Of a DNA stretch of 64,000 nt, positions 1-10,513 are shown piece after piece; position 1 is the first letter of the stretch; every line of letters begins with the position of its first letter. Where the stretch lies: the NCBI GenBank assembly GCA_965203755.1, contig OZ241910.1, positions 1,309,287-1,373,286 on the forward strand, given 5' to 3'. The stretch comes from Phototrophicaceae bacterium (GTDB taxonomy: Bacteria > Chloroflexota > Anaerolineae > Aggregatilineales > Phototrophicaceae). Position numbers and translations under genes: made by a program. The notes below the pieces were generated by a model. That model saw nothing but the letters and a program-made list of their open reading frames with translations. It searched no databases and was not told the DNA's origin.

Positions 1-321
1 AATGGCGAAACAATGCGCGGCGCGCAGACGCGGACTGTGAATGCGATTGAAGAATTGGCGCAAAAACACCCCAGCCAGATGATCGCCCTGGTCTTTCATG
101 CCGACCTGATCAAGATGACCTTGGCGCATTACTTGGGGATGCACCTGGATGTTTTTCAGCGCATCGCCGTTTCGCCGGCCTCCATCAGCATCTTGCGGCT
201 TGGACACAGCCGCCCCCTGGTCATCGCCATGAATGACACCGCCCATGTCCAGGAATTAAAGCAGCGGCGCCAGCAGGAAAGCGCAGCGAAAACGCAAGTG
301 GATGGAGACGGCCATGGCTAA
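1..321 (+). CDS. histidine phosphatase (phosphoglycerate-mutase-like) family protein, 5'-truncated by window edge
   Basis: The frame is open to base 1. The C-terminal region (ALVFHADLIKMTLAHYLG...SISILRL) resembles the PGM-like histidine phosphatase fold. It sits in a conserved triad with the DUF3090 and SCO1664-family genes. Confidence 0.6.
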   Translation, partial: NGETMRGAQTRTVNAIEELAQKHPSQMIALVFHADLIKMTLAHYLGMHLDVFQRIAVSPASISILRLGHSRPLVIAMNDTAHVQELKQRRQQESAAKTQVDGDGHG

Positions 322-856
322 TGTAATTGAACTCAATCCAGTCGATTTTGTTACCGTCGGCGCCATCGGCCCCAAAGGACAGCGCACCTTCCACCTGCAA
401 GCCGGACAGGATAACCGCATCGTCTCATTCACCATCGAAAAGGAACAGGCGCAGGCGCTCTCATCGGCTATCGCTGAACTGCTGGAGGATATTGAACACC
501 GCGGCAATGCCAAAACCGAAGCCGATTTCAGCCAGTTGGATATGGACCTGCGCGAGCCTATCGAGCCGCTGTTTCGGATCGCGCAGATGGGACTGGCATA
601 CGAAGCCAGCGAAGACAAAATTGTCCTGATTGCACAGGAATTCGTGCCGCAGTCCGAGGATGAGCATGAGGAAGAGGATGATGGGGACACAGCCGACTTC
701 GGCTTTTTTGACGCTGATGACGGCGACCCCAAAATTGTCCGTATGTGGTGCAGCCGCGAACAGATGCGCGCGCTTGGTTTGCGCGCCATGGATACCGTCA
801 AATCCGGCCGCCCCGACGCCAAGCAGAATGGGCGCATCATCTTTTACTGGACTTAG
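302..856 (+). CDS. DUF3090 family protein
   Basis: 184-aa ORF with VTVGAIGPKGQRTFHLQAG and an acidic central region, typical of DUF3090. It overlaps the upstream stop. An alternative ATG lies at 314. Confidence 0.7.
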   Translation: METAMANVIELNPVDFVTVGAIGPKGQRTFHLQAGQDNRIVSFTIEKEQAQALSSAIAELLEDIEHRGNAKTEADFSQLDMDLREPIEPLFRIAQMGLAYEASEDKIVLIAQEFVPQSEDEHEEEDDGDTADFGFFDADDGDPKIVRMWCSREQMRALGLRAMDTVKSGRPDAKQNGRIIFYWT

Positions 857-902
857 GACGCTGTCTGCCGCGCCGCCATGCAGCCTGTCAAGCGAGCCCA
901 AG

Positions 903-1676
903 ATGAAGGTCACCCGCGTACACACCGCCCAGGCATTGGATCAACCCATCTGCATGCCCTTGGACGACGCCCGCCGCATTATCGAACATGGCGCCGTCGA
1001 CGACGAGGTGGGGCTGATGCGCTGGGGCTCGAACTATACCTTTCTGGTGAATATCGTCCACGGCAGCATCCGACTGATGGCAATTTACAAACCCCGTCGA
1101 GGCGAACGGCCGCTGTGGGATTTTCCCGATGGCACGCTTTGCAACCGCGAAACCGCCGCCTATTTGACCTCGAAAGCGCTGGGTTGGGCCATCGTGCCGC
1201 CGACTGTCCTGCGCGAAGGCACGCGCGGCATCGGCTCGGTGCAGCTCTTCATCGACCATAACCCCGAAGAACACTATTTTACCTTTGACCGACTGCGTCA
1301 CCATACACAGCTGGAGCGCATGGCTGTCTTTGACGTCATCGCCAACAATGCCGACCGCAAAAGCGGCCATTGCCTGCTGGATGATGATGAGCATCTTTGG
1401 GGCATCGACCACGGCCTGACCTTCAACGCCAGCGAAAAACTGCGGACTGTGATTTGGGATTATTCCGGCCAGCCGATTCCCGCGGCCATCCTGGCTGACC
1501 TGGAAACGCTTCGGCAGCGTCTGGCTGATGACCGCGACGACTATACCCAAAGCATGACGAAGCTGCTTTCCCGGGCGGAGATGCGGATGCTCAAGGTGCG
1601 GGTGGAGCGCCTGGTTCACAGCCGCGTCTTTCCGCATCCTGGTTCAGAGCCCAGCCATCCTTGGCCGCCAGTGTAG
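903..1676 (+). CDS. SCO1664 family protein (PI3/4-kinase-like fold)
   Basis: MKVTRVH...GSNYTFLV...AIYKPRRGERPLWDF...DVIANNADRKSGHCL...WGIDHGLTF matches the SCO1664/kinase-like family. The start is set at ATG 903 inside the longer ORF 630..1676. Confidence 0.75.
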   Translation: MKVTRVHTAQALDQPICMPLDDARRIIEHGAVDDEVGLMRWGSNYTFLVNIVHGSIRLMAIYKPRRGERPLWDFPDGTLCNRETAAYLTSKALGWAIVPPTVLREGTRGIGSVQLFIDHNPEEHYFTFDRLRHHTQLERMAVFDVIANNADRKSGHCLLDDDEHLWGIDHGLTFNASEKLRTVIWDYSGQPIPAAILADLETLRQRLADDRDDYTQSMTKLLSRAEMRMLKVRVERLVHSRVFPHPGSEPSHPWPPV

Positions 1677-1750
1677 CCGCGCCGCCAGAATAAACAGCCA
1701 GGCCTGTGTTATAATCAGCGCAATGCTCCAAACAAGAACAGGTGACCATA

Positions 1751-3721
1751 ATGCGATTAAAAGCCGAAGGACGCTGGTTTAAGGACGAAGCCGGGCGCAT
1801 CGTTATCCTGCGCGGCGTCAACTTGGGCGGCAGCAGCAAAGTGCCCGTTTGTCCGCCCGGCGCGACCCACCTGCCCGACAGCCTGGATGAACGCAAAGAC
1901 GTCTCTTTTGTCGGCCGGCCCTTTCCATTGGAAGAAGCCGACGAGCATTTCAGCCGCCTCAAGCATTGGGGATTGGATTTCCTGCGCTTTGTCGTGACTT
2001 GGGAAGCGCTGGAACACGAAGGGCCCGGCATCTATGACGAAGCCTGCATCGACTATATCGCCGCCGTCCTCGAAAAAGCCGCTGAACGCGATATCAGCCT
2101 GTTGATTGACCCGCATCAGGATGTCTGGAGTCGTTTTTCAGGCGGCGACGGCGCGCCCGCCTGGACATTTGACGTCGCCGGGCTGGACATCGACGCCTTC
2201 CATCAAACCGGCGCCGCCGCCCTGCATCAAAAACAGCCCGACGACTTCCCCAACCTGCTCTGGGCGACCAATTACAGCAAGTTCGCCGCCATGACCATGT
2301 TCACCCTGTTTTTTGGCGGCAGCGTCTTCGCGCCCCAGCTGACCCATGACGGCCAAAGCATGCAGGACTTTCTGCAAACGCATTATGTCCATGCCTTTCA
2401 GCATTTGGCGAAACGGATCGCGCATCTGCCCAATGTCATCGGTTTCGGCGCCATGAACGAACCGCATCCAGGGCTGATTGGCCTGTCAGATTTGCGCGGC
2501 TATGACCACGTGCCGCTGAAATATGGCGTCACGCCGACGCCGGCTGAAGCCATCTTCCTGGCGAATGGCTTCCCGCAAAAATGCGCTGACTTTGGCACCA
2601 TGTTCGCTGATTTTCTGCCCGGCCACACCAAAGTCACCCTCGATCCGCAAGGACGGCGGGTTTGGAAAGCCGGCTGTGAGGATATCTGGCGCGCGCAGGG
2701 CATCTGGGATATTGACCGCGGCGGCAGCCCGCGCCTGCTGCGTCCGGGGCACTTTGCCGACGCCGATTTCAGCCAGGATTTTCTCAAGCCCTTTACCCGC
2801 CGCTTCGCCGCCGCCATCCACGAGGCTATGCCGGCGGCGCATATTTTTGTCGAAGCCCAGCCCTTCGCGCCGCCGCCCCGCTATGACAACAGCGCCAGCA
2901 TGGTCTTTGCGCCCCATTTCTATGATGGCATCACCCTCTTTACCAAACGTTTTCATCCACAGGTTAATTTCGACCTGAAGGCTTTCCGCCCATTGTTCGG
3001 CAAACGCGCTATCGAAAATTATATGACGCGGCAAATCGGACAGTTCCGCGGCTTTGCCGACGAGCGAATGGGCGATGTCCCTGTCCTGATAGGGGAGTTT
3101 GGCATTCCCTTTGATATGAACGGCAAAGCCGCTTATCAAAGCGGCGATTTCTCCCGCCAGGCGACCGCTTTGGAGTATAATTATCAGGCGATGGACGATC
3201 ATCTGCTGAATTATACACAGTGGAATTACACGCCCGACAACAGCAACGAACGCGGCGATTTATGGAACGGCGAAGACCTGTCCATTTTTAGCCGCGACCA
3301 GCAAGCCGACCCGTCCGACATCAATTCTGGAGGAAGAGCCTTGTCCGCAGTCGTCCGCCCCTATGCCAAAAAAGTCGCCGGCGAGCCGCTCAATATGCGT
3401 TTTGACCCGGCGCGCGGCCTCTTCACCTTCAGCTTCCGACACGACCGCGCCGTCGCCGAACCCACCGAAATCTACGTCCCAAACTCACAGTTTCCCGACG
3501 GCTACCGCGTCGAGGTCAGCGATGGCGAATGCGAAATCCAGCGCGAGCGGCAGCGGGTGCTGTATCGCCACAGCGACAAAGACGTCCCGCACATGATTCG
3601 CATCATCTCAAACGCGCCGCCCCCGCCCGAACTTTCGCCCTATGGCCGGCTGGCGATTATCGGCGCCGTGATGCTGTTCGCGCTCTTCCTGCTGGGGCGC
3701 ATCGGCAAGAAGAAACCATAG
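1751..3721 (+). CDS. glycoside hydrolase family 5 (endoglycoceramidase/cellulase-like) with C-terminal membrane anchor
   Basis: ILRGVNLGG, HWGLDFLRFVVTWEALE, LIDPHQDVW and GEFGIP are GH5-like. The hydrophobic C-terminus is LAIIGAVMLFALFLLG. ATG 1751 follows AGGTG. Confidence 0.75.
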   Translation: MRLKAEGRWFKDEAGRIVILRGVNLGGSSKVPVCPPGATHLPDSLDERKDVSFVGRPFPLEEADEHFSRLKHWGLDFLRFVVTWEALEHEGPGIYDEACIDYIAAVLEKAAERDISLLIDPHQDVWSRFSGGDGAPAWTFDVAGLDIDAFHQTGAAALHQKQPDDFPNLLWATNYSKFAAMTMFTLFFGGSVFAPQLTHDGQSMQDFLQTHYVHAFQHLAKRIAHLPNVIGFGAMNEPHPGLIGLSDLRGYDHVPLKYGVTPTPAEAIFLANGFPQKCADFGTMFADFLPGHTKVTLDPQGRRVWKAGCEDIWRAQGIWDIDRGGSPRLLRPGHFADADFSQDFLKPFTRRFAAAIHEAMPAAHIFVEAQPFAPPPRYDNSASMVFAPHFYDGITLFTKRFHPQVNFDLKAFRPLFGKRAIENYMTRQIGQFRGFADERMGDVPVLIGEFGIPFDMNGKAAYQSGDFSRQATALEYNYQAMDDHLLNYTQWNYTPDNSNERGDLWNGEDLSIFSRDQQADPSDINSGGRALSAVVRPYAKKVAGEPLNMRFDPARGLFTFSFRHDRAVAEPTEIYVPNSQFPDGYRVEVSDGECEIQRERQRVLYRHSDKDVPHMIRIISNAPPPPELSPYGRLAIIGAVMLFALFLLGRIGKKKP

Positions 3722-3739
3722 CGGATTAGAAATCTAACC

Positions 3740-4567
3740 ATGTTAAACGACGTCAGCATTTTACTTGGCGACTGCGCCCAAGAGCTCGCGCAGCTGGAGT
3801 CCGACTCGGCGCAGTTGATTTTCACCTCGCCGCCCTACGCCGACCAGCGCAAGAAAACCTACGGCGGCGTTCACCCTGACCACTATGTGGCCTGGTTTTT
3901 GCCGATATCAAGTGAATTGAAACGAGTTCTAAAACCGCGCGGCACGTTTATCCTGAACATCAAAGAAAAAGCGGTGAACGGCGAACGGCATACCTATGTG
4001 CTTGACTTGATCAAGGCTTTGCGCCGGCAGGGATGGCTGTGGACGGAAGAATTCATCTGGCACAAGAAAAATGCTTATCCCGGCAAGTGGCCCAACCGCT
4101 TCCGCGATTCATGGGAACGGCTGCTTCAGTTCAATAACGAGAAGCGATTCGATATGTATCAGGAAGAGGTGATGATTCCCGTCGGCGACTGGGCGCAAAC
4201 GCGGCTGCGAAATCTTAGCGAAACCGACCGCATCCGCGACGAATCCAGAGCGGGAAGCGGCTTTGGCAAGAATATATCGAATTGGGTCGGTCGCGGCATG
4301 GTTTATCCCACCAACGTCATCCACATGGCGACCGAAACCGCCAACCGCGGCCACAGCGCCGTCTTCCCGCGGCCGCTGCCGGCATGGTTCATCAAGCTGT
4401 TCACCTTGCCCGGCGACACCGTCCTTGACCCTTTCGCCGGTTCAGGAACGACTTTGTTCGCTGCCTGTGAGATGCGCCGCAAAGCGATAGGCATCGAAAT
4501 GGTGCCCGAATACGTGAAAGCCATCGAAGCGAAATTGAAACACCGCCAGCAGCGGCTGTTTTTCTAA
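3740..4567 (+). CDS. site-specific DNA methyltransferase, beta class (N4-C or N6-A), orphan
   Basis: Motif IV FTSPPY lies near the N-terminus and motif I LDPFAGSGTT near the C-terminus, with HSAVFP between them. SPPY favours m4C. No nuclease gene is adjacent. Confidence 0.85.
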   Translation: MLNDVSILLGDCAQELAQLESDSAQLIFTSPPYADQRKKTYGGVHPDHYVAWFLPISSELKRVLKPRGTFILNIKEKAVNGERHTYVLDLIKALRRQGWLWTEEFIWHKKNAYPGKWPNRFRDSWERLLQFNNEKRFDMYQEEVMIPVGDWAQTRLRNLSETDRIRDESRAGSGFGKNISNWVGRGMVYPTNVIHMATETANRGHSAVFPRPLPAWFIKLFTLPGDTVLDPFAGSGTTLFAACEMRRKAIGIEMVPEYVKAIEAKLKHRQQRLFF

Positions 4568-4606
4568 CGTTCTCAAAATAAGATAGTGACAAGGAGCATC
4601 CATTCC

Positions 4607-5320
4607 ATGCGCTTGACCCAAACCTTCATCCTGCTCGTCTTGTTCCCCATCAGCCTTGTAATGACTGCCCAAGGCGAATCGGACACCATCGCGCTCCCGA
4701 CCGATGATGACGTCCATCTTGCCGGCGACTTCTATCCGCCGCTTGAGCAGCCGGCGCCGCTCATCATCGCCCTGCACATGCTCAACAGCAGCCGCGCCGC
4801 CTACGACGCCGTCATCCCCGATTTGCGGGCCGGCGGCTATGCGCTTCTCAATGTCGATATGCGCGGTCACGGGGCTTCTGGCGGGGTTCGGGATTGGGAT
4901 TTGGCGGTTGACGATCTGCGGCTGTGGATCGACTGGCTGGCGGCGAATGGACATATCAGCGCGCGCGGTCTGGTCATCATGGGCGCCAGCATCGGCGCCA
5001 ATGTCGCCTTGATTGGCTGTGCCGAAAGCGACGTCTGCCGCGGCGCCATCGCGCTTTCGCCGGGGCTGGATTACCGCGGCCTCCAGCCTGAAGCGGCCCT
5101 GGTGGCCGGCCTGGCGGAACGTTCGGCGCTGCTGGTCGCCGCCCATGACGACGCTTACAGCGCCCAAACCATTCGGCAGATGTTTATGAATGCCCAAGGC
5201 GATGTCACCGCCCGCCTGTACCGCGGCCGCGCCCATGGCACGCGCCTCTTTGATTCGGATTATGACAGCCTTAGCCGCTTGATTTTGTCGTGGCTGGCAG
5301 AGCGGTTTAGGGACGAATAG
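4607..5320 (+). CDS. secreted alpha/beta hydrolase
   Basis: Signal-peptide-like N-terminus after AAGGAG-N10-ATG. Contains DMRGHGASGG and a GxSxG nucleophile elbow (GASIG). Confidence 0.7.
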   Translation: MRLTQTFILLVLFPISLVMTAQGESDTIALPTDDDVHLAGDFYPPLEQPAPLIIALHMLNSSRAAYDAVIPDLRAGGYALLNVDMRGHGASGGVRDWDLAVDDLRLWIDWLAANGHISARGLVIMGASIGANVALIGCAESDVCRGAIALSPGLDYRGLQPEAALVAGLAERSALLVAAHDDAYSAQTIRQMFMNAQGDVTARLYRGRAHGTRLFDSDYDSLSRLILSWLAERFRDE

Positions 5321-5385
5321 CCCGTTCATTGAATCGGGCAGAACGTTTATCATACCCGCAGCATGGATGAAGAAAGGAACGAACG

Positions 5386-6042
5386 ATGGAATACGATTTA
5401 AGCTCGGTCGATTATATTTTGGAGACGACTCGCAGCGTCCGCCATCGGCTGGATTTAAGCCGCGCGGTGGATTTTGATGTGGTCATGCGCTGCCTGGACA
5501 TCGCCCTGCAAGCCCCCACCGGCAGCAACCGGCAGGGCTGGAAGTGGCTGATCCTCACCGACGCCGACAAAAAAGCGAAAATCGGCGCCTATTACAAAGA
5601 GGCCTGGTACAGCTATGCCAAAACCGTCCCCCGCTCGGCGCCTGGCAGCGAACCTTCGGCGCAGATGAAACGGGTCATCAGTTCAGCGCGATATCTGGCC
5701 GACCGCATGGGCGAGGTGCCCATGATGATCTTCCCCTGCATCCACGGGCGCGCCGCCAGCCCCAGCCCGGCGGCGAACGCCGGCTTATACGGCTCGATCC
5801 TGCCGGCGGCCTGGTCGCTGATGCTGGCTTTGCGGGCGCGCGGCATCGGCGCCGCCTGGACAACGCTGCATCTGAACTATGAAAAGGAATGCAGCGAAAT
5901 ACTGGGGATTCCCGACGATGTAACCACAGCCGCCTTGCTGCCGGTCGCTTATTTCACCGGCAAGACCTTCAAAAAAGCCAAGCGCATCCCAGCCAGTCAA
6001 CTCGCGTACCGCGAATCGTGGGGGCAGTTAAACATTCCCTGA
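5386..6042 (+). CDS. nitroreductase family protein
   Basis: TRSVRHRL...LDIALQAPTGSNRQGWKW is a typical nitroreductase N-terminus. Length 218 aa. Confidence 0.8.
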   Translation: MEYDLSSVDYILETTRSVRHRLDLSRAVDFDVVMRCLDIALQAPTGSNRQGWKWLILTDADKKAKIGAYYKEAWYSYAKTVPRSAPGSEPSAQMKRVISSARYLADRMGEVPMMIFPCIHGRAASPSPAANAGLYGSILPAAWSLMLALRARGIGAAWTTLHLNYEKECSEILGIPDDVTTAALLPVAYFTGKTFKKAKRIPASQLAYRESWGQLNIP

Positions 6043-6057
6043 CGGCATGCCGCGCGG

Positions 6058-7413
6058 CTATGGCATCTCGACCGATTCACAGTCCGACAGGTCCTGGCTG
6101 ATTTGAAAGGCCGCCAGGCAGACGCTTAACAGCGTTCCAATTTTCTGATGGCCGGCGGTATTCCAATGGCCGTCGTCTGCATAATCAAGCTCGGCGTCAA
6201 GCAGATGAAGCGGATTGATCCAGGGTATCCCAAGGGACTCCATGAATTGCGCCGCAATCTGATAACGTCCCTCCCCAGCGCGCGGCGGCGATGGATCCAT
6301 GCTGGCATCCGCTGCTCCGCGCGCTTGCGAAACATCTTCTTGACCCGGAACTAACAAAACCAGCAGCGCCGTATCCTGCGCCGCCGCCGCATCGCGCAAA
6401 GCCCGCAGATAGCCGCCCGTAACATCCGCCTGCCAATAAACGCGCTGCCGGATGATTCTTGGCTTCACAATTTTCAGCGCCAGCGATCCAAGGCGGGTGA
6501 TTCCGATCAGCCGCTCGATTTCGCTGGCCGGCGGCTCAACATCATGCGCGAGATAATGGAGCGCGCGGTCGTCGGTCTTGATCGCATTCCCCAAGCGGTC
6601 CACTTGATACCGCCGTACAAAATACTCCATGCCCTTGACCCAAAGCCAAGCATCCATCGGCATCATATTGTCCCTAAAATCATTCCGGGAGAAGTTAAGA
6701 ATGGTGATTTGAGGCTGAAGAACAGGCGCATAAATCTGAAACGAGGCCAAGGCGTGATTGGTCCCCACACCCGGCAGCGCGGTATTCCAGACAATGCTCC
6801 GCGGCAAGTTCGATTCGACGGTCTCCACATACGATTTCCCGATCTCGGCGCGCATGCCATAGGCAAATGAATCACCCAGCATCAAAACCCGCATTCGCTC
6901 ATCAAAGTCATCGCCGACAGCAAAATCCTGCGTATCGCTAAAGCCCTGCCGGTTCACAATACAGTGCCGCCCAGAAAGCTCCCCGCTCTCGCAGGCGGCG
7001 ACGGTATGCGCATAAGCATGGCGGCAGCCGAATTCATTGCAGATCCACCAGGGCGCTTCTTCGGGAGGTGTTTCTGGAATAGCGGGCGGGAAATACGTAG
7101 GGATGCCGGCGGCGGCCAAAGCGAACTCAAGAACCATCAGCGCTATAGCGGCGATGAGCAGTCCTGGCGCCGCATGTTGCCTCACATTTGCCAAAACCCG
7201 CCGGCGCGCTTCCGCCCGCCGCAGGCGAAAGGCAATCAGGGACAAGAGCAAACCGGCGGCAATCAGCAAAAGCTGCGGCAGATTCAAGCCGGGGTAAGTC
7301 CCCAAAAGATAATCCATCCCAATGCCGAACAGGGCGATCAGAATGCCCAGCCCGCCGAGCAGCGCGAAGGCTGCATTGAACATGACTGGACGGCATGATG
7401 AAGCGGCTTGCAT
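6058..7413 (-). CDS. membrane-anchored SGNH/GDSL-like hydrolase
   Basis: Several TM helices are followed by LMLGDSFAYG (block I GDS) and DDGHWNTAGH (block V DxxH). The start is uncertain (7593, 7413 or 7383). Confidence 0.6.
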   Translation of the reverse strand: MQAASSCRPVMFNAAFALLGGLGILIALFGIGMDYLLGTYPGLNLPQLLLIAAGLLLSLIAFRLRRAEARRRVLANVRQHAAPGLLIAAIALMVLEFALAAAGIPTYFPPAIPETPPEEAPWWICNEFGCRHAYAHTVAACESGELSGRHCIVNRQGFSDTQDFAVGDDFDERMRVLMLGDSFAYGMRAEIGKSYVETVESNLPRSIVWNTALPGVGTNHALASFQIYAPVLQPQITILNFSRNDFRDNMMPMDAWLWVKGMEYFVRRYQVDRLGNAIKTDDRALHYLAHDVEPPASEIERLIGITRLGSLALKIVKPRIIRQRVYWQADVTGGYLRALRDAAAAQDTALLVLLVPGQEDVSQARGAADASMDPSPPRAGEGRYQIAAQFMESLGIPWINPLHLLDAELDYADDGHWNTAGHQKIGTLLSVCLAAFQISQDLSDCESVEMP

Positions 7414-7652
7414 GCGGCCGATCCTTTCTATTTGACCCATACTGTTCAATAATACAGTCTGGTTGAAACCGACGGACTTTGCCACCGCGCGTAATCTGGC
7501 GGCATGGCTTTGCCCGCTGATGAAATCAATGATTCGAGTTTCCGCCAGCTTCAATACATTACCCAAGGCAGAAGCGGTTTGCACATCGCCCAATCAATAG
7601 TATAGTTAATAAAGACGCATTCATGTGGGTCCTTGACCTGTTCGGATAAACC

Positions 7653-8516
7653 ATGCCCTCATCAAAATACGCCGACGCCATACGCCGTTACTATGCAACA
7701 GACGAAAATCTGCGAATACATGATGAAACACACGAGAAATACGCCGTCCCCAAACGCGACTTCGCCCGTTGGGCATTGGAAACCCTGGATTGGCAGGGAA
7801 ATGAAGCCGTGCTGGACATCGGCGCCGGGCGGGGCGGCTACTTTACGCGCCTGATCGACCTGGCGCCGGGCATCAGCTATTACGCGCTTGACCTTTCTCA
7901 ATATATGCTGGTCAACCATCCGGCCGCCGCCTGCCTGACGCTAAGCGACGCCATGAAACTCCCCTATGCCGACCAGGCCTTTGATGTCGTCATGGCTAAT
8001 CATGTCCTCTATCATCTTGAGGATATCGACGGCGGCCTGGAAGAAATCAAGCGCGTTCTAAAACCCGGCGGCAAGATGCTGGCCGCCACCAACAGCATCC
8101 ATACCATGCCCGAACTGCAAGTGCTGATACGGCGGGCTATTGTGCTGCTTAGCAGCAATGGCGCGGCGCAGGCGCATCCGCCCGGCCTGCCCAGCGATGC
8201 CTTCGCCCTCGAAAATGGCACGCGCATGCTTGCCCGCCATTTCTTTGCCGTGGTTCGCCATGATCTGCCCAGCCAACTGGTGTTCACCGAGATTGAACCC
8301 GCCATAGCCTATCTGGAAAGTATGCGCGGGCTGCGCCAGCAAAGCCTGCCAGACGACGTTGAATGGGACAACATGATGCTGATTATGCGCCAGCAGATCG
8401 CCCAGCTGATACAGCTTATGGGCAAACTGGAAATCAGCCAGATGTCGGGTATGCTGATCGCCAGTGACCGCGGCGGGTTTATCCAGGAATTTGTCGAACG
8501 CGGTCAGAATCAGTAA
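7653..8516 (+). CDS. class I SAM-dependent methyltransferase (small-molecule type)
   Basis: VLDIGAGRGGY (motif I) and LKPGGKMLA (post-II) are present. No DPPY-type DNA MTase motif. Confidence 0.75.
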   Translation: MPSSKYADAIRRYYATDENLRIHDETHEKYAVPKRDFARWALETLDWQGNEAVLDIGAGRGGYFTRLIDLAPGISYYALDLSQYMLVNHPAAACLTLSDAMKLPYADQAFDVVMANHVLYHLEDIDGGLEEIKRVLKPGGKMLAATNSIHTMPELQVLIRRAIVLLSSNGAAQAHPPGLPSDAFALENGTRMLARHFFAVVRHDLPSQLVFTEIEPAIAYLESMRGLRQQSLPDDVEWDNMMLIMRQQIAQLIQLMGKLEISQMSGMLIASDRGGFIQEFVERGQNQ

Positions 8517-8545
8517 CATTCATATCCAGTTCATTGAGGAGCGCC

Positions 8546-9523
8546 ATGGCGACGGTCACAGCGACGGCGAACAGCAAGCAGCTTCGACTCAAGCTGCCTT
8601 CAGGCCAAACGCGCCGCGATGAATTTCTCAATCAATTACGCAGCCGCGGCAAACTCGCCTACAAACGTTATCTGGGGTCGCCCCTCCGTTACGCTGGCGG
8701 GAAAAGCCTAGCCGTCGGTTTTGTCATTGAACTGCTGCCAGAGCCCATGGTGAATCAGCTTGTTTCGCCATTTATAGGCGGCGGGTCGGTCGAGATCGCT
8801 TTAGCAAAGGAATTGGGAGTCAAGGTAATCGGTTATGATGTGTTTGACATCTTGGTGAATTATTGGGATGTGCAGATTAACCATGCACAAGCCTTATGCC
8901 ATCGCTTAGAACAATTCTCTCCCACGCGGGCAGCCTTCGCTTCGGTCAAGCAGCGGCTTAAAGCGCACTGGAACGGGGAAACCGTTTTGGATCGTTATGA
9001 TTTGGCGGCGCATTACTATTTTAATTCGAATACATCCTATGGCCCCCATTTTCTGGGCTGGCCATCTGATGTCTATTTGAACAGAAGGCGCTACGAGAAA
9101 ACGCTTGAAAAAGTGAGGACATTCAAAGCGCCGACTTTGTCTGTTCGATGCGCCGGCTTTGAGGAATCCATACCGCTGCATCAAAATGACTTTTTGTATT
9201 GTGACCCGCCTTACTGTCTTGAACAGGGGAAAACGTTTGCGGGCATGTACCCACACCGGAATTTTCCAATCCACCATCAAGGGTTTCGCCATGACTTGCT
9301 AAGAGACCTGCTGCTGTCCCACAAGGGCGGCTTCATTTTATCTTACAACGACTGCGAGATTATTCGGGACTGGTACGCCGACTGTCATATCTCAACTCCT
9401 GAATGGCAATATACCTTTGGACAAGGGGATACGCGGATAGGCATAAACAGACGGGACAGCAATGGCGGCAGTCACATCAAGAAATCGCATGAACTGCTGA
9501 TATGGAAATATCCCGATGCGTAA
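8546..9523 (+). CDS. Dam-like (D12 class, alpha) N6-adenine DNA methyltransferase, orphan
   Basis: RYAGGKS, SPFIGGGSVE (motif I) then LYCDPPY (motif IV), which is the alpha-class order. GAGGAG lies 4 nt before ATG 8546. Confidence 0.85.
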   Translation: MATVTATANSKQLRLKLPSGQTRRDEFLNQLRSRGKLAYKRYLGSPLRYAGGKSLAVGFVIELLPEPMVNQLVSPFIGGGSVEIALAKELGVKVIGYDVFDILVNYWDVQINHAQALCHRLEQFSPTRAAFASVKQRLKAHWNGETVLDRYDLAAHYYFNSNTSYGPHFLGWPSDVYLNRRRYEKTLEKVRTFKAPTLSVRCAGFEESIPLHQNDFLYCDPPYCLEQGKTFAGMYPHRNFPIHHQGFRHDLLRDLLLSHKGGFILSYNDCEIIRDWYADCHISTPEWQYTFGQGDTRIGINRRDSNGGSHIKKSHELLIWKYPDA

Positions 9524-9559
9524 AACCCGCTACAAGCTGCTCCTTCAAAGGTTAAAACC

Positions 9560-10504
9560 ATGCACCTGCTGTCCTTTGGCGAACTTCTGATTGACTTTGT
9601 GGCGCTGGAAATGGGCGTCGCGGTCGGCGATGCTTCTGGATTTATCAAAGCGCCCGGCGGCGCCCCAGCCAATGTCGCCGTCGCCGCCGCCAGACTAGGG
9701 TATCAAAGCGCGTTTATGGGCCAGGTGGGCGCCGACCCCTTCGGCAGATATTTGGCTGATATCCTCGCTGCCGAAGCGGTCAATATCGACGGCTTGTTAT
9801 TCTCACAGAACGCGCGCACCGCGCTGGCCTTTGTCGCCAACACCGCCGACGGCGACCGCAGCTTTATGTTTTATCGCCATCCATCAGCCGATATGCTGAT
9901 GAAACCCGCCGATGTCAATACCCAGCTGATTGACCAAAGCGCCATACTCCACTTCGGCAGCATCACCCTGATTCACGAACCAGCCAAATCGGCGCTGCTC
10001 AAAGCGCTGGCGCATGCTATCGACAGCGATACATTCATCTCTTACGACCCCAACCTGCGCTTGCCGCTGTGGGAAAGCGCGGCCGCCGCCAAAGCCGGTA
10101 TGCTCGCCGGGCTTGAGTATGCCAACCTGCTGAAAATCAGCGCCGAAGAATTGGAGTTCCTGACCGGCGGCGAAGATGTCCGCCCCCTGTGGCGCGACCG
10201 CACGGAGATAATCTGCGTCACTTATGGCCAGCGCGGCGCCGCCGTCCATTTGAAAGATGAGACCGCAATCAAACATAGTGGTTATGCGGTGTCAGCGCGG
10301 GATACGACCGGCGCCGGCGATGCTTTCGCGGCGGCGATGCTGATTGGCATTCTGGATTATGGCGATGATTATCAGGCGCGCTTGCCCGCGATTCTCGATT
10401 TCGCCAATGCTGTCGGCGCATTGACCTGCATCAAAGAAGGCGCGATTCCCTCACTGCCAACGATGGCCGAGGCGCGGGCCTTTTTGGCGGAACGCCGCGG
10501 TTGA
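9560..10504 (+). CDS. PfkB-family carbohydrate kinase (fructokinase/KDG-kinase-like)
   Basis: GGAPANVAVAAARLG and DTTGAGDAFAAAML are PfkB signatures. Confidence 0.85.
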   Translation: MHLLSFGELLIDFVALEMGVAVGDASGFIKAPGGAPANVAVAAARLGYQSAFMGQVGADPFGRYLADILAAEAVNIDGLLFSQNARTALAFVANTADGDRSFMFYRHPSADMLMKPADVNTQLIDQSAILHFGSITLIHEPAKSALLKALAHAIDSDTFISYDPNLRLPLWESAAAAKAGMLAGLEYANLLKISAEELEFLTGGEDVRPLWRDRTEIICVTYGQRGAAVHLKDETAIKHSGYAVSARDTTGAGDAFAAAMLIGILDYGDDYQARLPAILDFANAVGALTCIKEGAIPSLPTMAEARAFLAERRG

Positions 10505-10513
10505 ACGCCAGCC

